The translations under genes and the position numbers were made by a program. A stretch of DNA of 64,000 bases, from NCBI RefSeq assembly GCF_009914755.1, contig NC_060942.1; one strand, written 5' to 3'. The stretch is from the human T2T-CHM13v2.0 reference genome, Homo sapiens. This document shows, piece by piece, positions 53,470 to 64,000 of this stretch; the stretch's first letter is position 1, and every line of letters begins with the position of its first letter. The notes beneath the pieces are model-generated. The model was given only the letters and a program-made list of their open reading frames with translations. It was not told the origin of the DNA and did no database searches.

Positions 53470-55201
53470 TAAACATTAGAACTATCAGTTAAATTAACAA
53501 GATCAACCTCCATGAATTTATGGGGTTTGGGTATTTTTGGAATAGTCTGAGTAATAATGGGAAAATGGGCAAGCTTTTGTGCAGTGCTGATAGGAAGGAA
53601 AAGACACATATTTTAGTGGTAAATGTTCCTGTTACCTCAAATTTGTTTTTGCTTTTCACAAATGTTCCTGAGAGTGTAAGGTGGTGAAATGGATGAGAAT
53701 TTCAGAAACAAAGCATCAGCATGTGCAATAGTTCTGTGGAGAAATTTAAGACAAAAACATAGAAAGCCACAGTGGTAGGACAATGAGGATAAAGAAGCAT
53801 GACAAAACTGGACACAGTTCAGGTCATATGACTATGGTCATGGCTATTTCTACTGAAGTGTTTGGTTATTATAAAACTGGGAAATGTATGTTGTGTTGGT
53901 ATTCATTTTGATTGTTAAACTTGATTGCTGTCACCCTTCACCATTGTGACTATTGTCAACACAAAAAGGCCACAGTATAACCCATATCAAGTCCCAAAAT
54001 AATGGAAATAAAATAAAAAGTCAGTTAGAGATTTAGTCTAACAGAAGCATAGAGTAGATCTAAATAAAAGCATTCAAAGTGTCCTCAAAGGGATATAATA
54101 TGTTGTAAGCCTAGGAAATTTAGCCAAAATTTAATAGAAAACACTAACTTATCTAATAAAAAATGCAAAGAGAAATTTTTCTAAAAAAGAAATCATTACA
54201 AAGATAGAATTCACAGAGCCAACATTGGTAGTACTGTGGAAGAAAATAGGGATAAAGACTTGATCTTTCTGGTTGCAGAGATCAATTCATCTTTCTTGGA
54301 GTCAGATGCATTTGGATGTTATAACTTAATGCCTGTAAATATTTGGATTGCAGCCTACTCCTCCCACTGGCCCATTTTATGTTTAAAGTCGTTAAAGAGG
54401 ACTCTGATAATTTGCCTACATATGTAGATGTTAGAGAGAGAATGTGCTGGGCAAATAGGATGACTGCTTTATTGTTAGGTCTATTTATCTTTGTAACAGA
54501 TTGAAAGGCATTTTTAATTTAGACATCAATCTTGAGTCTTGGCTAATGTGACTCTCTCCTGAAGAAACAGGGCTATAGTGCGGCTGCTGACTCAATCAAG
54601 TTTCTCAGCTCTCTGGGATAAGGCCAGACTGTGACTCCCAGCAAATAAATTTGGATAATTGCGTTATGGCAGTTCTCCTGGGAGACAGCCACCACTTTTT
54701 TCCTCACCTCTCTCAGTTGACATCTGCTGGCATTGGAATACGCAGCACATTTTCTCATCTTCAAGAACTCTTACAAGAATTAATGACAGAACAATAATTA
54801 TGGAACAGATATTTATTCTAAATTCAGGCTATTCACCTAAAATTACCTAAAATATTGCAGTCAACATCATTTAGAAGAGTAAAAGAAAATGACGTTAAGT
54901 AACTTGATTAATCTCATAAATTAATTGTTCTACTGGAAAGAAAACAGTTCTGATGTCACTAATATTTTTTATCATGAAAACATATATTGTTCAATTATGC
55001 TTCTAGCCAAAGTGGAGTAACAGAAACTAGATTTACCCCTCTGCTTGAAACAATCTAAAACAAAAAAGTATAAAATATATAAAACAATGGTATGCAACAC
55101 ACTGGATGCAGTGACCCCTAGAAGCAGACAATAAAAAAGGCAAGTCCTAGAATTGCCACAGTTACTGCTTTGAGAGTTTCCCAGTTTGAGGGCAAAGAGG
55201 G

Positions 55202-55704
55202 TGTATTAGTTTTCTTTGGCTGCCGCAATCATTCCCACAAAATAAATGGCTTAAAGAACTTAAATTTATTATCTTACATTTCAGTGTTTTAAAAGTTCAG
55301 TCTGGCCCTTAGAGCTATAATCAAGGTGTCAGCAAATCTGCATTCCTTTCTGGAGGTCCCTCTAGAAAGTTTGTTTCCCTGCCTTTCCCAGCTTCTGCAG
55401 CCTTCTCACATTCCTTGGCTTGTGCTCCTTTTATCTTCAAAAACCACAACTGTGGGTCCAGTCATTCCCACACTGCATCACTCTGACCTTCTTTTCTGCC
55501 TTTGTTCTTTTATAAAGACTTTCGAAATTACAAGACTTCCACCCAGAAAATCCAGATGATGTCACCCTCATAAAGTCAGTTTTCAGGAACCTTATTTCCA
55601 TCTACAAACGTAATTCTCATTTGCTGTGTATTGTAATGTATTCACAGGCTTTATAGATTAGGACATGGGCATCTCTAGAGAGCATCATTATTCTGCCTAC
55701 AGCA
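55202..55704 (-). mobile_element. MaLR solo LTR, MLT1C/D-like
   Basis: tgtattagttttctttggctgc...aatcaaggtgtcagca...attcacagg...gattaggacatgggcatct...attctgcctacagca. Confidence 0.88.
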
Positions 55705-56141
55705 GAGAGAAAACACAAGCAGAGCCTTCAGCTTCTGCAAGTTCAGGAGATGTAAGCTGAGAATCTAAGGAGGACAAAGTATCTTAGAGTTCACAGCATA
55801 GGTGATGTATAAGAGAAAACCACAAGGAAAGAATTCTGGATGTCAGCAGAGAGCTTCCCTTAGCTATTACGCTGATTAATACATGTGAGTATACTGCAGG
55901 GTGCTGGAGAAAGAGCCACTCTGAAGTGTGAGACCTGACATTCATCACAGAAAACCTGAGGCAGGAGACATTGCCTCATCAGAGTATCTGAAGAGTAAGA
56001 CTTAAAATACTTGGATAATTTGATAGAATACACAGAAGGGTTTTTCCCTCAGTAATGGAGAATAATTAGCCCTCTATTGACAAGTACTGGGATCCCATTG
56101 AACAAATCTCGAAAGCAAGACCTAGAAATATCATACAGTTT

Positions 56142-56517
56142 TGATATGGTTAGGCTTTCTGTCCCCACTCAAATCTCATTTTGAATTGTAGTTCCCATAA
56201 TCCCCATGTGTTGTGGGAGGGACCCTGTGGGAGGTAATTGAATCATGGAGGTGGTTTCTGCCATGCTGTTCTCATGATAGTGAGTGAGTTCTCTTCAGAT
56301 CTGATGGTTTTATAAGGGGCTTTCCCATTTGCCTGGCATTCATTTCTCTCTCCTGCTGCCATGTGAAGAAGGACGTGTTTGCTTCCCCTTCTGCAATGAT
56401 TTTAAGTTTCCTGAGGCATCCCCAGCCCTGCAGATCTGTGAGTCAATTAAACCTTTCTTTTATAAATTACTCAGTCTCAGGTATGTCTTTGTAGCAGCAT
56501 GAGAATGAACTAATACA
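56142..56517 (+). mobile_element. THE1 (C/D-like) solo LTR
   Basis: tgatatggttaggctttctgtccccactcaaatctcattttgaattgtag...ctgtgagtcaattaaacct...aactaataca; TSD agttt/agtat. Confidence 0.93.
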
Positions 56518-56534
56518 AGTATCTTTTCTTTACC

Positions 56535-56823
56535 TTTTTTTTTTTTTTTTTTTTTCTGAGCCAGGGTCTCTCTCATTCTTTCACCCAAGCTGGAGTGCAG
56601 TGGTGTGATGTCAGCTTACAGCAGCCTCTGCCTCCCAGGGTTGAGAGATACTCCTGCCTCAGCCACCTGAATAGCTGTGACTACTGGGACATGCCACCAC
56701 ACCAGGCTAATTTTTGTATTTGTTGTTTGTCCAGGCTGTTCTTGACCTCCTGAGCTCAAAAGATCCTCCCGCCTCAGCCTCCCAAGGTACTGGGATTACA
56801 GGCCTGATCCATCACGCCTGGCC
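56535..56823 (-). mobile_element. AluJ with internal left-arm deletion
   Basis: cagggtctc...cagcctctgcctccc...ctcctgagctcaaaagatcctcccgcc; lacks the agagacggggtttcgccat segment. Confidence 0.9.
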
Positions 56824-57933
56824 CAATATCATTCAGTTTCTAATTAATTCCACGCTAATTAAGTTCAAGTGTGTTTATAGGAACATAACATGGGTATCAC
56901 TCAATAAAGTAATATTCAAAATGTATGATATTTAATCATACATTAAACTACAGTGGGTAGTAGAGAAAAAACTACAATGGGTAAAATAAAAAAATATAAT
57001 GAATATAATTGATGTCATGTTAGATGTACAAAAAGAAAAGATTAATAAGCTTGGAAACATAGCAATAGAAACTTTAAAATTAAACACCGAGTAAAAAGAG
57101 TGCGAAAAATGAACAGAGTCTCAGTGAATATCAGGATAACTTCAAGCAGGCTAATACACATTAAATTGCGTTCTCAGAAAAAGGGTGATGTAAAAAAAAA
57201 TTGGAGAAAGAATGGCTGAAATTTTTCAACTTTGATAAAACTATAAAGTTGCATAACAAACACTCAGTGAGCCCCAAGCACATGAAAAAGGAAGAAAATT
57301 ATACCAAAGCAAGTCTTAATCAAATTGGTGCCAACTGATAAAGATACGCTTAAAAGCAGACATAGGAAAAGAACAACTAGAGAAACAAAAATATAAAGTT
57401 GTCAGTTTTCCTTGTTTGTTTGTTCACTTATATTTTGGTATCAAAATGACAAAGAGGTAGTGAAGTAGTATCTTTAAAGTACTAAGAAAATGCTTAGAAT
57501 GTTATACTCAATAAAAATGTATTTTGAAAATGATAATGAAATAATAACATATTTATACACACTGAAAGAATTAATCACCAACAAGCCACTCTAAAAGAAG
57601 TGCCAGAGAAAGCCCTTTAGGCAGAAAGAAAATCATTGCAGATAAAATATGTATCTACCACAGCAGTGAAAAATATAAAAAAAAGATAAAATGTGGGAAT
57701 AAATATAAATATTTTTCTTGTTCAAATTTCTTTAAAAGGTAATTGACTGCTTAAACAAAAATCATATTTTAATGTAGTATGTGTTTATAATGTATATAAA
57801 AGCAAAATGTATGATAACAATAAGTTAAAAGCTGGGGTGGAAAAAATAGTGTGTTGGAAAATTCTCATACAATCCACAAGTAGTATAAGCCTTTGAATAC
57901 AGACAGTGATTAGTGAAAAATGGCTACTTTAAC

Positions 57934-59526
<1,593 letters not shown>

Positions 59527-59829
59527 AAAAATGCTACTTTAACCTTTGCCTGGAGAGAGAATATATGATAATAGGTTGTCCTTTTATTGTGAATTAATAA
59601 ATTTAATTTCACTTTTAAAATAATGAATTTGTTTAATTTTTTATCTCTAAGAAGTTCATTTTTATTGGGTGATACTACCATGGAAGCAAATTTGTCAAAG
59701 CAACACATGCTCAACTTGTAAGATATCCGTTTGACAGCTTATTGTCGTTTCTCTCAGGTAGCTTTGCAGTTTGCACCATTTTTCTTCCTCTTGCTTTTCT
59801 TCCTCCTTATTCATGTTATTCCAATTTGT

Positions 59830-59955
59830 TATATGTAGCACATCTCCACTGGTATATAATCAACATATGGACAGGACTTTGTCTATTTTATTTACTGCTA
59901 TATCCCCACCTATAATAAGGCCTGGCTTATATTAGTTATTCAACAGATATTTGCA
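59830..59955 (+). mobile_element. L2 3' end
   Basis: ggacaggactttgtctattttatttactgctatatcccca...gcctggc...attcaacagatatttg. Confidence 0.65.
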
Positions 59956-60880
59956 TTATCTTTTATGCCTGCATTTTATTATTACTGAGTAAATTAGTTC
60001 ATTAAATGCTTTTCTTTTTCAAAAATTGATCTCTGAATAACCTTGGAAAACATAGAAGTCAGACTGATTAACATCAATTACTTTTTTTTTTTTCAGTCAC
60101 GTAGCCTGTTGCTGTCTAGGCCTACATCTCTTCATTGAGGTATAATTCACAATAACTATTTCTCTCTTATTTATGGTGATGAGATGTGGGAAAAGAGTTT
60201 TCCATTTTTTTGCAAAGATGTACATAATCATCCCCCAAGAGATTGTTTCATCAGAACTTGGCTGACAGCTCCAGGTTTGTGAGTGAGATGTAAATCATCA
60301 TATGTCCAGGTTAGCTGTGTCTCTCCTTTACAGCCTTTCTACCAAAATCTTTCAAATGGTGCTTCTGGAGGCTGCTGCTTTTTTCTGAAGATTTCCTCTC
60401 CTCTTCTCTTTCCATGGTTCCTTTTATTTTGCTTTTGTTGAGGCTCCTTTTTTGACTTGAGAACAAGAATCTTCAGTGAATCAATAATTTTTTCTTTTAA
60501 ATCTCAAGTCCAATCCCTCTACAGAAAGGAGGAGGTATAAGATGTAACCCAAAATAGATGGAAGAGAGGAGCTCAAGAAATCCCCTATTTCTGGGTATTA
60601 ACTACTTTCTTCTATAATATCATAATACATGCATTTCTAATTTGGTAGAATTATTTTAATGTAAAAGTGGTACATCCATTCTTTCTCTGATGTCATTTTT
60701 CTGAAAGCCACTTGTCCTACATTATGCTGTCAATCAAATCACAAAGTCTTCGCCAACCAAAGTTTCATAATCTTGGATTTGTCTTGGTTGTGGGGGTAAG
60801 GTTAGAGGTAAGCTGCAGAAACAAAGATAACATTGTGACCCACTTAATCATCTCCAGTCTATGATTTCAAATCTCTTTAT

Positions 60881-61192
<312 letters not shown>

Positions 61193-62771
61193 TTCAAATC
61201 TCTTTATAAACATCATTGGCAATCATTTTCACTTGGTTTTACAAAAGAGGTTTTCTTCCGTTTCCCACTTATATGTAATTAATTTATACCTTTTCATAAT
61301 GCTTCTCAAATATATTTTATTAGGAATGATTTTCTTTTCACTTTTGCAATATAATTATATTTTTCAAATCCTAATGCATTTGTCCTTCTGGAAGACTGCC
61401 GAATACTCTGTCCTCCTTAGTAGTTTGTCCTTTTTGTAACCAACCCCCCCATTGTAGTCTCTTTATCAGAGTTTCTCTATATTGGTTTGTTTTCTTGGTG
61501 TACTTGATTGATCCACTAGCTCAGTTGCTTATTTCAAATGACAAGATTACCAGTTTGGGTAACATGTATTTTTCTTTGCATTTCTTTATTCTAGAATCTT
61601 ACATTGTTCTCTTAACCATGCCTAGCATTTGTCAAAAGAGGTACTGGAAAAGAGAATGAGGCTCAATTAAGGTATTCACATTATCACAAAGAAAAAAAAA
61701 ACATGTAATTTTAGATTGTGGTTACCATACATAATATATAATGCATTTCAGCTCAATAAACACATATTTCTCTGAATATATCCTGATAAGACATATTATT
61801 ATGCATTTAAAATTCTTTCAATGTAAAGGTAATGGATTCAAACAGCATGGATATAATGCCTCTATCTCAATCATGATAGATATTTCATTTTAATGTAATT
61901 TCTTTCCCTCCAAGATACTACAATTGAAAATAAAATGAGTGGGTGACAGCTGTTTCTCTCTTACTTCTCCAATGCTCCTTTGCCATTCCAGCTGAGCAAT
62001 CTCATAAAAATGTCAGCTCTCCACTGGCAAAGCATGCTGCACCTGCCTGCCATGTGCTTAGTGACTACTAACATTTATATATCGCTGTATTTCAAGTCAA
62101 ATAAATTGATAAAATGCAACTCAAAAACGCACCACATTGCATCGCTAATGCTTTTTAAGTAGAAATGTTTTCTTTCCCAGTCCTAATGCAAAGGGGCCAT
62201 TTCTTATTCTATTCAGTGAAAACAAGACCACTTCAATATTTAATTTGGAAAATGGCACTAAAAATATTAAAATAAGATATATGCACTTAAGCAGACAAGC
62301 CAAGACTCTTTAGCTACTTTAGTATTGTGTACTGCTGCCACAGAATATGCTAAACCTGCTAAGATTTTATTCTCTACTAAGGCTCCTACAAGCTAATAAT
62401 CTGTCAATTCATTCAATTTCCATTAGAGATGTAAGAAGCTGTAGGTGATATTGGGAAAGTAGCATTAGCACACTGATGTATGCAAATGGTGCTTTGGAGG
62501 TGCCTTTCATTTTCATGAAAATTTTACTTACCATCTGACTTTTTTTTTAGACTCTGCTTGCTTTCATGTAACAAATGTTTTACAGTCAATTTATCAGAAT
62601 TATATGAGAAAAAACTTCTAAATTGCCCTTAAGAAAAAATCTTTCCAAAATAATAAGAAAGACATATTCTTAAAACTAATAAAATAGATAACAATGAAGT
62701 TAATTTAATGAAGTCTAATTTTTTAAAAAAGTTAAATAGATAGTTTACACTAAGATTTTAAGTCTGTGCTT

Positions 62772-64000
62772 TGACTCCCTTATATATTGGGATATTAACT
62801 CCTTGTGAGATGTATAGTTTCAAATATTTTCTTCTATTATGTAATTCTGTTTTCACTTTGTTGATTGTTTCTTTTGCTGTGTGGAAGATTTTTAGTTTGC
62901 TGTCACCCCATTAGTCTATTTTTGTTTTTGCTGCCTAGGTTTGTGATGACATATTCAAAAAATTCTTGCCCAGACCAACTGCATGAAGCATTGTCCTTGT
63001 GTTTCTTCTAGTGCTATCATAGTTTCAGGTCTTACATTTAATTTCTTACTCCACTTCTAGTTGACTTTTATAGGCAAAGAGATAAGGTTTAATTTAATTC
63101 TTCTGCATGTAGATATCTAGTTTTCTCAAAAATTTTATTAAAGAAACTCTCCTTTTCCCAGTGTGCATTCTTCGTATTTTTGTCAAAAAACAATTGGCTG
63201 TAAATGCAGTTTATTCTGGGCTCTCTGTCTTGTTACATTGGTCTATGTAGCTGTTTTTATGCCAATACCATGCTATTTTTGTTACTATAATTTGTTGTCT
63301 ATTTTGAAGTCAGATAGTGTGATACCACTAGCTTTTGCAAAAATAATAATAATGATAATAATAACCTAATTAAAAAATAGGCAAAAGACCTGAATAGACA
63401 TTTCTTAAAAGAAAATGTACAAATGGCCAACAGATAAGTAAAAAATACTCAACTTCACAAATCAAAAACGACAATGAAATACTACCTTATCCCAGTTCAA
63501 ATAGCTATTATTAAAAGACAAAAGATATATATTGACAACAATATGGAGAAAAGGGAACAGTTATACACAGTTAATGGGAATGAAAATTAGTACAGTCATT
63601 ATGAACAACTCTATTTCTAAAAACATGAAAAATAGAAAGTACTCTATGGTTCTGCAATCCCGCTATTGGGTATATTTGCAAAGGACATGAAATCGGATGC
63701 CCCAAGTAACTGCTTTCTCATGTTTATTGTAATACTATTCACAGTAGCTGAGATATGGAATTAACCTAAAGGTCCATCAGTGGGTGAACGGATAAAGAAA
63801 ATATATAATATATACACAATGGCATATTATTCAGCCTGAAAGAAAATGCAATTCTACCATTTGTAAACACATAGATGAACCTGGAAGACATTATGTTACG
63901 GAAAATAAGACAAGCAAAGAAATACAAATACCACATGATCTTTCACTGATACATGAAATTGAAAAAAAGTTCATTTCATTGAAGTAGAGAGGAAAATGAT
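62772..64000 (+). mobile_element. L1MA-type element with 5' inversion (inverted about 62772-63337, sense about 63338 to the window end)
   Basis: Antisense ORF2 ending gtcagatagtgtgataccactagctttt, then sense aattaaaaaataggcaaaagacctgaatagacatttc... Confidence 0.88.

Larger units (their letters stand above)
55000..57930 (+). mobile_element. L1MC/MD-type 5' region and ORF1, fragmented by MLT1D, THE1 and AluJ insertions
   Basis: ttctagccaaagtggagtaacagaaactagatttaccct...; ORF1-like aaaaatgaacagagtctcagtga...ataacttcaagcag, gaatggctgaaattttt. Confidence 0.75.

Overview
AT-rich, CpG-depleted primate (very probably human) genomic DNA with intergenic or deep-intronic character. I can support no protein-coding gene. 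The ORF track is explained by Alu, L1 ORF2 remnants, LTRs and chance AT-rich ORFs. A large part of the window is interspersed repeat: 13 Alus plus a FLAM, L1s from L1PA3-like to L1ME age, MaLR LTRs (MLT1, MST, THE1), a solo MER11 (HERV-K HML-8) LTR, a piggyBac MER85 MITE, MIR/L2 relics and microsatellites. The main points of interest are: a 35-nt tailless U2 snRNA retropseudogene with a 15-bp TSD; a three-piece (sense/inverted/sense) L1 hosting the MER11 LTR; two further inverted L1s; a ~220-bp triple tandem duplication spanning an L1 end and a microsatellite; a possible ancient RTE-clade relic; and several well-formed + strand exon-like units that might belong to a spliced non-coding transcript. 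I found no convincing new biological system. Repeat subfamily calls come from remembered consensus features, not from a search, and boundaries of old repeats are approximate.
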